Assembly (NCBI GenBank): GCA_002269645.1
Contig: NIVC01004478.1
Location: 59,990 to 102,614, forward strand
Length of the DNA stretch: 42,625 nt
Reading direction: 5' to 3'
DNA from: Macrostomum lignano
Taxonomy: Eukaryota
Positions 24,610 to 36,056 of this stretch are shown here, piece after piece. The notes below the pieces were generated by a model that was not told the origin of the DNA, did no database searches, and saw only the letters and a program-made list of their open reading frames with translations. The translations under genes were made by a program, and so were the position numbers. Positions within the stretch are counted from its first letter, which is position 1; each line of letters starts with the position of its first letter.

Positions 24610-25373
24610 ATTGCCTCCAAATCCTCAATGAGAATCGCCTCCAAATCCTCCATGAGAATCGCCTCCAAATCCTCAATGAGAATCGCCTCCAAATCCTCCA
24701 TGAGAATCATCTCCAAATCCTCAATGAGAATCGCCTCCAAATCCTCAATGAGAATCGCCTCCAAATCCTCAATGAGAATCGCCTCCAAATCCTCAATGAG
24801 AATCGCCTCCAAATCCTCCATGAAAATCGCCTCCAAATCCTCCATGAAAATCGCCTCCAAATCCTCAATGAGAGAATCGCCTCCAAATCCTCAATGAGAA
24901 TCGCCTCCAAATCCTCTATGAGAATCGTCTCCAAATCCTCTATGAGAATCGTCTCCAAATCCTCTATGAGAATCGCCTCCAAATCCTCAATGAGAATCGT
25001 CTCCAAATCCTCTATGAGAATCGCCTCCAAATCCTCAATGAGAATCGTCTCCAAATCCTCCATGAGAATCGCCTCCAAATCCTCAATGAGAATCGTCTCC
25101 AAATCCTCAATGAGAATCGTCTCCAAATCCTCTATGAGAATCGCCTCCAAATCCTCAATGAGAATCGTCTCCAAATCCTCTATGAGAATCGCCTCCAAAT
25201 CCTCAATGAGAATCGCCTCCAAATCCTCAATGAGAATCGTCTCCAAATCCTCAATGAGAATCGTCTCCAAATCCTCTATGAGAATCGTCTCCAAACCCTC
25301 CATGAGAATCGTCTCCAAATCCTCAACGAGAATCGCCTCCAAATCCTCAATGAGAATCGCCTCCAAATCCTCC
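24610..25373. repeat. 24 bp minisatellite upstream of Nocturnin (AAATCCTCAATGAGAATCGCCTCC)
   Basis: 24 bp periodicity. Confidence 0.95.
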
Positions 25374-25465
25374 ACAATATTTTTAAAAAATAAAAATGCA
25401 TTACTCTACTTTAAGTAGAGTAAAATGGATTTCTAAGAGAATATTTTCCCACAAAAAAACATTGC

Positions 25466-28400
25466 ATGCGCCGCATGTCCACCAGCCAAGGTGAAGACGG
25501 CAGCTCAGCCGGGGCCGCAACGGCCGCTCGCCAGCAGCTCTTAGCGGCAGTTGAGCAGCATTGCTCAAACAGTCCCTGTCCCGCCGGGCCGCTGTCTCGT
25601 CAGTTCAGACAGCTCATCCCATCCGACTCAGTGGTGCAGTCTGGCCAGTTCCGCGTACTCCACTGGAACATACTGGCCCAGGCGCTCACCGGCGCCGAAG
25701 GCGGCAGTCATTTCGACCGGGTTGAACCTGGCGTCACCAGCTGGGAGCGGAGGCGCTGGTATCTGCTTAGGGAGCTGCTGAGATTTCAACCGGATATCCT
25801 GTGCCTCAATGAGGTTGACATTTACGATTATTTGTTGGAGAATCTCGCTCCTCTTGGCTACAGGGGCTGCTTTCGGGCGAAGCCGCGCTCTCCCTGCCTC
25901 TCCTTTCCTGGAAACTTTGGACCGGACGGCACCGCGGTGAGTCAGTCACTAGATTTTGGGGGATTTTCTGGCATTTCAGTGACTGGCACTATAATAGTGT
26001 CACGGAGGGGCATTTCAGTGACCGGCACTTCAATAGTGTCACGGAGGGGCATTTCAGTGACGGGCACTATAATAGTGTCACGGAGGGGCATTTCAGTGAC
26101 CGGCACTCCAATAGTGTCACGGAGGGGCATTTCAGTGACCGGCACTCCAATAGTGTCACGGAGGGGCATTTCAGTGACCGGCACTCCAATAGTGTCACGG
26201 AGGGGCATTTCAGTGACCGGCACTCCAATAGTGTCACGGAGGGGCATTTCAGTGACCGGCACTCCAATAGTGTCACGGAGGGGCATTTCAGTGACCGGCA
26301 CTTCAATAGTGTCACGGAGGGGCATTTCAGTGACCGGCACTCCAATAGTGTCATGGAGGGTTTAACAGAGTCAACTATTGCAATATTTGGCGGACGATAA
26401 CAAAAACACGAGGGCTCAAAAGCCAGAATCAGTCGATATATATATTTTAATATTAGGCATGCACAAAGTACGTGCGTACATTACAATCGATAAATTAAAA
26501 GGCAACTTGAGCGTGCCCCCAACCCCCCAGCGCAGGCCAACCCCAAAACCGCAAATGCAAACTCTCAATATCAAGTCATCACAGAGGGGCATTTCAGTGA
26601 CCGACACTCCAATAGTGTCACGGAGGGGCATTTCAGTGACCGGCACTCCAATAGTGTCACGGAGGGGCATTTCAGTGACCGGCACTCCAATAGTGTCACG
26701 GAGGGGCATTTCAGTGACCGGCACTCCAATTGTGTCACGGAGGGGCATTTCAGTGACCGGCACTCCAATAGTGTCACGGAGGGGCATTTCAGTGACCGGC
26801 ACTCCAATAGTGTCACGGAGGGGCATTTCAGTGACCGGCACTCCAATAGTGTCACGGAGGGGCATTTCAGTGACCGGCACTCCAATAGTGTCACGGAGGG
26901 GCATTTCAGTGACCGGCACTCCAATAGTGTCACGGAGGGGCATTTCAGTGACCGGCACTCCAATAGTGTCACGGAGGGGCATTTCACTGACCGGCACTCC
27001 AATAGTGTCACGGAGGGGCATTTCAGTGACCGGCACTCCAATAGTGTCATGGAGGGGCATTTCAGTGACCGGCACTCCAATAGTGTGACTGACATTTCAG
27101 TGACCGGCACCCTAATAGTGTGACTGACATTTCAGTGACCGGCACCCTAATAGTGTGACTGACATTTCAGTGACCGGCACTCTAATAGTGTGACTGACAT
27201 TTCAGTGACCGGCACTCCAATAGTGTGACTGACATTTCAGTGACCGGCACTCCAATAGTGTGACTGACATTTCAGTGACCGGCACTCCAATAGTGTGACT
27301 GACATTTCAGTGACCGGCACTCCAATAGTGTGACTGACATTTCAGTGACCGGCACCCTAATAGTGTGACTGACATTTCAGTGACCGGCACCCTAATAGTG
27401 TGACTGACATTTCAGTGACCGGCACCCTAATAGTGTGACTGACATTTCAGTGACCGGCACTCTAATAGTGTGACTGACATTTCAGTGACCGGCACTCTAA
27501 TAGTGTCGCGGAGGGGCATTTTAGTGACTGGCACTCCAATAGTGTGACTGACATTTCAGTGACCGGCACTATGTATGTACTATAAATATTCTGCTATGAT
27601 TATGCAGTCTAGCCGTAGTTGCACCATCCCCCGGGCCCTGCGCACCTGTGCAGATCCTGTACAACACGCACCGGTTCGAGTGCCTGCAGTCGGAGACCGG
27701 GCTGCTCATCGAGCCCAACGAAGACGGCATGGAATTTCTAGACGCCCCCAGCGGCGCCGGCTCTCAAGTCTTTGTTCTGCTCCGACTAAGACTGCTGAAC
27801 CCTCCGGCTACTGACAACAGCGACGGCGAGCTGTGGGTTGCAGCCACGCATCTCAAAGCTAAGGTGACCTTCTCTAATCTGCGCCTGTTGCAGACGAAGG
27901 TGAGTATTCGGATTTTAAAACCAACTGGGCTAATCCTCCCAAGCTAATATCCCCCTAATCCCCCCACGCTAAAATCTCCCCTGATCCCCCACGCTAAAAT
28001 CTCCCCTGATCCCCCACGCTAAAATCTTCCCTGATCCCCCACGCATAAATCTACCTTAATCCTCACACGCTAAAATCTCCCTTAATCCTCACACGCTTAA
28101 ATCTACCTTAATCCTCACACGCTAAAATCTCCTTTAATCCTCACACGCTAAAATCTCCTTTAATCCTCCCACGCTTAAATCTCCCTTAATCCTCCCACGC
28201 TTAAATCTCCCTTAATCCTCACACGCTTAAATCTACCTTAATCCTCACACGCTAAAATCTCCCTTAATCCTCCCACGCTTAAATCTCCCTTAATCCTCAC
28301 ACGCTAAAATCTCCCTTAATCCTCACACGCTAAAATCTCCCTTAATCCTCCCACGCTTAAATCTCCCTTAATCCTCACACGCTTAAATCTCCCTTAATCC

Positions 28401-29249
28401 TCACACGCTAAAATCTCCCTTAATCCTCCCACGCTTAAATCTCCCTTAATCCTCCCACGCTTAAATCTCCCTTAATCCTCCCACGCTTAAATCTCCCTTA
28501 ATCCTCACACGCTAAAATCTCCCTTAATCCTCCTACGCTTAAATCTCCTTTAATCCTCACACGCTAAAATCTCCCCTAATCCTCCTACGCTAAAATATCC
28601 CTTAATCCCCTACGCTAAAATCTCCCCTAATCCTCCCACGTTAAAAATCTTACCCAAATCCCCTACGCTAAAAAATCTCCCCTAATCCTCCCACGTTAAA
28701 AAACTCCTCTTTCCCTCCCACGCTACGTAAAATCGTAAGATCGACCTTTAATTCTTTCAAACTCCCTTAATCCTCATACCAAAAAGAGCTCCTAGTCTGA
28801 TATTGAGTGTCTGTTTTCCTAGCCGATATGTATCGAAAATTAACTTTACTAAGGGAATATACAATACAAGCTAATAATTGTAAAAACTACAGGCGCTAAT
28901 CACCGCCCTAAAAGAGCGCGTGCCAGCCAACTCGCCCCTGTTGCTATGCGGCGATTTCAACGGCGAAAGCTTTGAACCATTTTACAACGTGATCGTTCAA
29001 TCCGGTCTCGACATCGCCTCGGCCTACAAGCAGCCTGAGGAGCCTCCTTTCACTACGTTTAAATACGTTGGCAAATCGGCCGAGCCGCAGGCCAGGGCCA
29101 TAGACTATATCTGGTACCGGCGCCTGCGACCGCTAGCCCTGCTGGAGATTCCGCCTCGGGACAGCGTCGAGTCCAACGGTCTGCCCTGCGCTGCGTTCCC
29201 GTCTGATCATTTCTGTCTGAGCGTTGATTTCTGCTTCTGCAAGAACTGA
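25466..29249 (+). CDS. NOCT: Nocturnin (EEP-family NADP(H) 2'-phosphatase); exons 25466-25936, 27654-27899, 28893-29249 (~357 aa)
   Basis: FRVLHWNILAQAL, PDILCLNEVD, KPRSPCL...GPDGTA, ATHLKAK, LLCGDFN, EPPFTTFK, IDYIWY, FPSDH match Nocturnin. GT-AG, phase-0 introns, intact frame. Confidence 0.93.
25968..27572. repeat. NOCT intron 1 array: 39 bp units, a unique ~220 bp island (26362-26580), more 39 bp units, then 35 bp units from ~27090
   Basis: CATTTC at 26011 and 26050 (39 bp) versus 27093 and 27128 (35 bp). Confidence 0.95.
27950..28720. repeat. NOCT intron 2, 26 bp minisatellite (CTTAATCCTCACACGCTAAAATCTCC)
   Basis: Direct periodicity. Confidence 0.92.
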
Positions 29250-29409
29250 TCGCTATGTATCCTTCAGGTTTCTCTTGCTATGGGATTGTTATGATAAACT
29301 TACATTTAGAAATTAATTCATTTAGCTATTAATCTTCTTCTAACTACCACTCCTAATGTGCCACTTTGTGTGACGTTAGTAGTTGGGGTTTTTAATGGTA
29401 CTAGCTAGG

Positions 29410-29850
29410 CTAAAATGGCACTCCTATAACTGAAAATGGCACTCCTATAGCTGGAAATGGCACTCCTATATCTGATAATGGCACTCCTATAGCTGATAAT
29501 GGCACTCCTATAGCTGGAAATGGCACTCCTATAGCAGATAATGGCACTCCTATAGCTGGAAATGGCACTCCTATAGCAGATAATGGCACTCCTATAGCTG
29601 GAAATGGCACTCCTATAGCAGATAATGGCACTCCTATAGCTGGAAATGGCACTCCTATAGCAGATAATGGCACTCCTATAGCTGGAAATGGCACTCGTAT
29701 AACTTAAAATGGCACTCCTATAGCTGGAAATGGCACTCCTATAGCTGATAATGGCACTCCTATAGCTGAAAATGGCACTCCTATAGCTGAAAATGCCACT
29801 CCTATAGCTGATAATGGCACTCCTATAGCTGATAATGGCACTCCTATAGC
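29410..29850. repeat. 21 bp minisatellite downstream of NOCT (AATGGCACTCCTATAGCTGAT/GGA)
   Basis: Direct periodicity. Confidence 0.93.
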
Positions 29851-30390
29851 TTATGTAACCCACAATAATCATGGCCCGTTATGAATCATTTTTAATCAGC
29901 TGTCACTGCTGCCCCGATATTGCGCTTTTGCTCTTGTTTTTTGTCGAAATAAAACATTTCAGAATGTCTGTGGTCACTATAACTATAACTTAGGATAACT
30001 TAGCGTATGTGAACCTGAGAAGTATTGTATGTAAATACACTATCTAGATGTAATGATGAGATTATAATAAGCATCTTACAAAACGTACTGCTCAAACTCT
30101 TCAACTTTTATCATTCGGTAAATTTAGCTAGTATGCAAAAATTAATTTAAAAGCTGATCTCAGTACACACTGTAATTTAATAACACAATTTCGGCTGCAC
30201 ATTCTGTGCCTTTATTTATCTAATAGTTGGGTTTTTATTTGTAAAATAAATATTCTCGAAAAGATATACAACCCTGGATTGTGAAGAGTTTCTGCTTTTA
30301 GCAGCCTGGCCGTTTGAATTCATAGATTAAACTGGAAGCTTTTTAATTGTTTTTTTTGTTATTCTTTGTTAGACTGAACAAATCTTTTAA

Positions 30391-30950
30391 ACACCTAAAT
30401 CCCAAACGCCAAACTTCGCAAACCCCAATCTTCACAAACCACAGCTTCAAAAACACCTAAATCACAAACGCCAAACTTCGCAAACCCCAATCTTCACAAA
30501 CCACAGCTTCAAAAACACCTAAATCACAAACGCCAAACTTCGCAAACCCCAATCTTCACAAACCACAGCTTCAAAAACACCTAAATCACAAACGCCAAAC
30601 TTCGCAAACCCCAATCTTCACAAACCACAGCTTCAAAAACACCTAAATCACAAACGCCAAACTTCGCAAACCCCAATCTTCACAAACCACAGCTTCAAAA
30701 ACACCTAAATCACAAACGCCAAACTTCGCAAACCCCAATCTTCACAAACCACAGCTTCAAAAACACCTAAATCACAAACGCCAAACTTCGCAAACCACAG
30801 CTTCAAAATCACCAAAATCACCAAGCAAAGCTTCACAAACCCCAAACTTCACAAGCCACAAAATCACAAACCCCAAACTTCACAAACCACAAAATCACAA
30901 ACCCCAAACTTCACAAAGCGCAACTTCACAAGCTCCAAATCACAAATCCC
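30391..30950. repeat. 62 bp A/C-rich tandem array (about 6.5 units) that degenerates at its 3' end
   Basis: ACACCTAAAT at 30391, 30453, 30515 ... Confidence 0.92.
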
Positions 30951-32094
30951 TAACGTCAAACAGTCAATTTTATAAGAAAATGTTAGACAGTAATTTCAAG
31001 CATTGTGAAAGTTAGGCTATGCAAAATATTGCTAATTTAGATTGCTCACATAATCTCGTTGGCCAGGTGACTTGGGGGATCCCGGGCTTAATTCCCACGG
31101 TTCCCACGATCCCAGAAGTCGGAAGCGCTGTCTCGTAAATCTTCTGCATGCTTTTTTAAAGAGAGGCCATGAGAACAGCGTCGGCTGTTGATCGAGCGAG
31201 CGATGGGAAAGCGGAGCAGTCTTGCCGAGATGAGGCTACAGACCGTCCTTCAGATGCGGAGGCGGTCTACACTCTGGTTCCAGAAAAAAAGTTAGCTAAA
31301 AGCGGAGGCGGCCTTAATCTTTTTTACATCAAGCCGCAGAGAACAAACGGTTGTGCTCACTTTTTAATTGAAAGTCTACACAGCAGATTCCTTCAGCAAA
31401 TCTGTGGGTTTTGTTACCAGCTCCATCAAAACCCTAGAGCTTTCCTAGAAATTTCTATTTTGTCTGGCTGGGCGTCTGCGTTGAACCAGGTGGCAAATCT
31501 GCGGGTAAATTTTGATGGACCTGGTTGAGAGAAAGGGAGAGGCAAGTTTGGATTCGTAAAGGTCAAAGTGCAAGATTATCTATACATGTGTATGTTGGGT
31601 AGATGACCCCACACGTACACCTTTGTATACAGTCTTATAGTTTTCCGGTTGGGGTGTCGGGGCGCCTGCTCAAGTGATCTCGTGATATTGAATTTTTGCT
31701 TAATTTATTTATATTCAAAAATCCGACCGCGCGCGCGCGTGTTGCGGAGACTGTGGAGGAGTTTTTTGTTGAGAGGGGAAGAATTTCGCGCTTATTAAAA
31801 TTGGTTTGTTTGCCTGCATGTGGCGGCTGTCGCGGCGGAGTTGCTAGGGGATTAGCATAGTGTTGGTGTGCAGTCGGCAGATTGTTTCATTCCGGATATT
31901 TGGAGGCTACGTGAGGTCACCCAACATATTTTATTTTTCTTTCATAAAATAATATTTTATATTAGAAGCTTATTTATTAAAATCTCATTATAAATATGGG
32001 TACGAGTACCTCGTTTACCATTTGAATCAATCTAAATTACAAATTAGTGCAATTGTAGCCATGATTAATTACTCGTAATTGAATAATTAATATA

Positions 32095-32410
32095 ATAATA
32101 ATAATTGATTACACCTGCCCTAATAGGCAGATGTGCAACCGACAGCTCAGCCGCAGCTATTGAGAGGCGCATCTGAAGGCTGCGTACGGCTGTTCAGTCC
32201 AAGGACTGGGGGGGGGGGGCGTCGACACACATCCTCAATTACCCTCCATTACCCCAGCTAATGCTGGCACCCATTTTACAGCTGGGTGAACTGAAGCAAT
32301 GCAGAGTTAAGCGTCTTGCTCAAGGACACAAATTGTTCCTAGTGGGATGAGGAATCGAACCCCGACCTTTAAGTCGTGAGTTCGACGCTCTGACTACTAG
32401 GCTACAACCC
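32095..32410 (-). mobile_element. tRNA-derived CORE-type SINE
   Basis: Minus strand reads A box TAGCCTAGTAG (32404-32394), B box GGTTCGATTCC (32361-32351), then GTGTCCTTGAGCAAGACGCTTAACTCT...CCCAGCTGTAAAATGGG, which resembles the MIR/CORE domain. It ends in an (ATT)n-like tail near 32095-32110. Confidence 0.8.
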
Positions 32411-33109
32411 CAGATAGAAGAGGAAAGGAGAAGGAATAGAGAGGAGATGATAAGCGATATATGAGATATGAGGTGGGATGGGAGATGGGAGAGAAGAGAA
32501 CAGAGATTTTTAATTAATTAACGTTGGTGACGAAATACAGTAGAAGTTGAAATTGAAAGCCAGAAACACCTGTGCAGAAATATATTGCTGAAATTAAGGG
32601 CCCTTAAAATTAGTTACAAAGGATTTTATTGCAAGCTTCATATTATGATTGTCCTACACTAGCAGCTGTGGCCTCCTGGGAGTATTTCCTACTTAGAGGG
32701 GCAACAGCGGGAGCTAATGATCTCTATAGTCAAAAATTCTGTTAGCTGCAACTACTTTCGAAAGCTTAATTATAAAAACTCATAGGTGAAACATATTGCG
32801 CCGCACTCTTTGTTCCCCAATTAGCGCCAATTGAAAGCTGACCCAAACCCATTCAAGGAGATCTTGATCCAGGATATGGAGTTGGAAAAACTCATTCTCA
32901 ATGCCGCTGCTCAACTGCGTCAGTAGTTTTCTTGAAAGCAAAAACGTTTTGAATTTTTCAAATGATTGCACGTAGTTCACTTTTTTATTCGGTTCAAACC
33001 TGTTGGCCTGCTCCGAGACGGACCCGTCCAAGAGGCCTGTAGCACCGTCGGCCACTCCAGATTGCAGGCCGTATTAATCGCACCGAGTCCGTGCTGCCCA
33101 ACAGCCGGA

Positions 33110-33318
33110 GTTGTTGCTGTTGTTGTTTTAGTTTAGTTTTTAGCAAACTGGGAAGTCGCTCCATCCACCTCTCTAACTCTTTCCTTAGCTCGTAAACTCC
33201 GCCCAAAGTTTTCGACCGGCGTTGGGGCTGCTGCACAGGTCTGCGAGGCACGTGATACCGAGGGTGCGGCGGGTCTTTTCCATCTTGGCGCACTCCAGCG
33301 CTACGTGGGTGTTAGTGC
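33110..33318 (-). mobile_element. Possible 5'-truncated 3' fragment of a non-LTR retrotransposon
   Basis: Minus frame HVALECAKMEKTRRTLGITCLADLCSSPNAGRKLWAEFTS* (stop 33185-33187) resembles the H-x4-C end of a LINE ORF2 zinc knuckle. A short 3' UTR and an AAAACTAAACTAAAACAACAACAGCAACAAC tail follow. Confidence 0.35.
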
Positions 33319-33352
33319 TGTTGTTGTTGTTGTTGCTGCTGCTGTTGTTGTT

Positions 33353-33383
<31 letters not shown>

Positions 33384-33513
33384 TTGTTGCTGCTGCTGTT
33401 GTTGTTGTTGCTGCTGCTGTTGTTGTTGTTGCTGCTGCTGTTGTTGTTGTTGTTGTTGCTGCTGCTGTTGTTGTTGTTATTGTTGCTGCTGCTGTTGTTG
33501 TTGTTGTTGTTGC

Positions 33514-33581
<68 letters not shown>

Positions 33582-33658
33582 TTGTTGCTGCTGCTGTTGT
33601 TGTTGTTGCTGCTGCTGTTGTTGTTGTTGCTGCTGCTGTTGTTGTTGTTGTTGTTGCT

Positions 33659-33689
<31 letters not shown>

Positions 33690-33738
33690 TTGTTGTTGTT
33701 GTTGTTGCTGCTGCTGCTGTTGTTGTTGCTGCTGCTGC

Positions 33739-33769
<31 letters not shown>

Positions 33770-33812
33770 GCTGTTTTTGTTGTTATTGCTGTTGTTGTTG
33801 TTGCTGCTGTTT

Positions 33813-33844
<32 letters not shown>

Positions 33845-33909
33845 GCTGTTTTTGTTGTTATTGCTGTTGTTGTTGTTGCTGCTGCTGCTGTTGTTGTTGC
33901 TGCTGCTGC

Positions 33910-33949
<40 letters not shown>

Positions 33950-34092
33950 GCTGTTATTGTTGCTGTTGTTGCTGTTATTGTTGTTTCTATTGCTGGTGCT
34001 GTTGTTGTTTTTATTGCGGCTGTTATTGTTTTTGTTACTTTTGTTGTTGTCTTTCTTGTTGTTATTGCCGTTGTCGTTATTGTTGTTTTTGT
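33315..34092. repeat. Mixed (GTT/GCT)n trinucleotide array, (AAC/AGC)n on minus, ~780 bp
   Basis: Direct reading; degenerate at the right-hand end. Confidence 0.95.
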
Positions 34093-34398
34093 TTTCTTTT
34101 TGTTGTTATTATAGTGCAGCCAGGCACGGGTGAGGGGGTCCAGCTGCTACTCCAAAAATCTTATTCCAGATCTCCTTGCCTCATTCATTTTTTTCACCCA
34201 GAGATTCATTCACGCCGCGCGGACCAATTGAAAGTGAGAAAACTTGACAGCTGGGGTCAGAGAGGAGGAGAGATGGAAAACTGAGCAGCCAGGAGGCCAG
34301 CCGCTGCCATGATGGCCCTGAGAATATAAGGTGGGGCCGAACTCGAGTGGGGCTGGCTTGGCAATTGAGATTAACTGCTCATTTTGAAAATATCCCAG

Positions 34399-36056
34399 CA
34401 TGAAGGACCAAACACTCCCAATCTCGCGGCGAAAACATACTTTCAAGAAACCGACGCTAATCCGGCAGCGCCGAATTCTCGAACTGTCGTTTTCCAAGAA
34501 ACCGCAGCCAGACCGGCTGGGCCAGAAGGCAGGAGTGCTCGGCGTCGCATCGAATTCTCGGTACAACCACCCAGCGATCCACCGTGGCAGCCGCCGCGGC
34601 CGCCGCCTCCGTTGTTAACGCTGAGGCATCGTCGGGACGACTGGCTGCCCTCCGGCCGCGTCCACTGCCCGCCGTCTGCCTGCCGGAGTTTTATTCGCGT
34701 CAGGTCGGCCTGCGCGTCCGTTCGGCAGCGGCGGCGGCGGCGACAAAGCGACAGCGCGGCATGCGGTGGTGGCAGGCTGGCAGAGTGAACGGTGAGTCTT
34801 TAATCTGCTTTCATCTATCAGCTGCTGTTCCCTTCATCTATCAGCTGCTGTTCCCTTCATCTATCAGCTGCTGTTCCCTTCATCTATCAGCTGCTTTTCC
34901 CTTCATCTATCAGCTGCTGTTCCCTTCATCTATCAGCTGCTGTTCCCTTCATCTATCAGCTGCTGTTCCCTTCATCTATCAGCTGCTGTTCCCTTCATCT
35001 ATCAGCTGCTGTTCCCTTCATCTATCAGCTGCTGTTCCCTTCATCTATCAGCTGCTGTTCCCTTCATCTATCAGCTGCTGTTCCCTTCATCTATCAGCTG
35101 CTGTTCCCTTCATCTATCAGCTGCTGTTCCCTTCATCTATCAGCTGCTGTCCCCTTCATCTATCAGCTGCTGTTCCCTTCATCTATCAGCTGCTGTTCCC
35201 TTCATCTATCAGCTGCTGTTCCCTTCATCTATCAGCTGCTGTTCCCTTCATCTATCAGCTGCTGTTCCCTTCATCTATCAGCTGCTGTCCCTTCATCTAT
35301 CAGCTGCTGTTCCCTTCATCTATCAGCTGCTGTCCCCTTCATCTATCAGCTGCTGTTCCCTTCATCTATCAGCTGCTGTTCCCTTCATCTATCAGCTGCT
35401 GTTCCCTTCATCTATCAGCTGCTCCTCCCTTCATCTATCAGCTGCTCCTCCCTTCATCTATCAGCTGCTGTTCCCTTCATCTATCAGCTGCTGTCCCCTT
35501 CATCTATCAGCTGCTGTTCCTTTCATCTATCAGCTGCTGTTCCCTTCATCTATCAGCTGCTGTTCCCTTCATCTATCAGCTGCTGTCCCCTTCATCTATC
35601 AGCTGCTGTCCCCTTCATCTATGAGCTGCTGTTCCCTTCATCTATCAGCTGCTGTTCCCTTCATCTATGAGCTGCTGTTCCCTTGATCTATCAGCTGCTC
35701 CTCCCTTCATCTATCAGCTGCTGTTCCCTTCATCTATGAGCTGCTGTTCCCTTCATCTATCAGCTGCTGTTCCCTTCATCTATCAGCTGCTGTTCCCTTC
35801 ATCTATCAGCTGCTGTTCCCTTCATCTATCAGCTGCTGTTCCCTTCATCTATCAGCTGCTGTTCCCTTCATCTATCAGCTGCTGTCCCCTTCATCTATCA
35901 GCTGCTGTTCCCTTCATCTATCAGCTGCTGTTCCCTTCATCTATCAGCTGCTCCTCCCTTCATCCACCGTACTACCGGTCTGTGTTTGTGAACCTTACTG
36001 CAATTTTAGATCTCACAAATCTCCCGCAGACCAAAGCCAGCCGCAGAAGAAAGTAG
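34399..36056 (+). CDS. Candidate unknown gene fragment: exon 34399-34791 and terminal exon 36010-36056
   Basis: Acceptor CCCAG at 34394-34398, GC-rich block, GTGAGT donor at 34792, repeat-filled intron, TTTTAG acceptor ending 36009. The spliced frame gives ...GRVN-DLTNLPQTKASRRRK*. The frame in the 5' part of the exon is ambiguous. Confidence 0.35.
34808..35962. repeat. 23 bp minisatellite (CTATCAGCTGCTGTTCCCTTCAT)
   Basis: Units at 34815, 34838 ... Confidence 0.95.

Noticed and set aside
25968-27572. Palindromic 35-39 bp units as CRISPR repeats or a repeat protein (RRGISVTGTPIVS)
   Set aside because: No unique spacers; the array lies inside a GT-AG intron whose removal restores Nocturnin.
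29980-30006. TAACTATAAC...TAGCG resembling the I-CeuI / LSU rRNA homing site
   Set aside because: The central bases do not match and there is no surrounding rDNA; probably chance in AT-rich DNA.
31169-31528. 119 aa plus-strand ORF, and a minus-strand acceptor at 31521-31522
   Set aside because: No recognisable domain, conflicting strand signals, and no partner exon identified.
32340-32410. tRNA gene
   Set aside because: A and B boxes are present, but there is no convincing acceptor stem and the sequence continues into a CORE domain and tail, so it is a SINE head.
32780-33055. 91 aa minus-strand ORF
   Set aside because: No ATG start, no recognisable motif and no clear splice signals.
33222-34133. 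Poly-Leu, poly-Val/Ala or poly-Gln protein
   Set aside because: Pure trinucleotide array open in several frames, with no supporting start or splice context.
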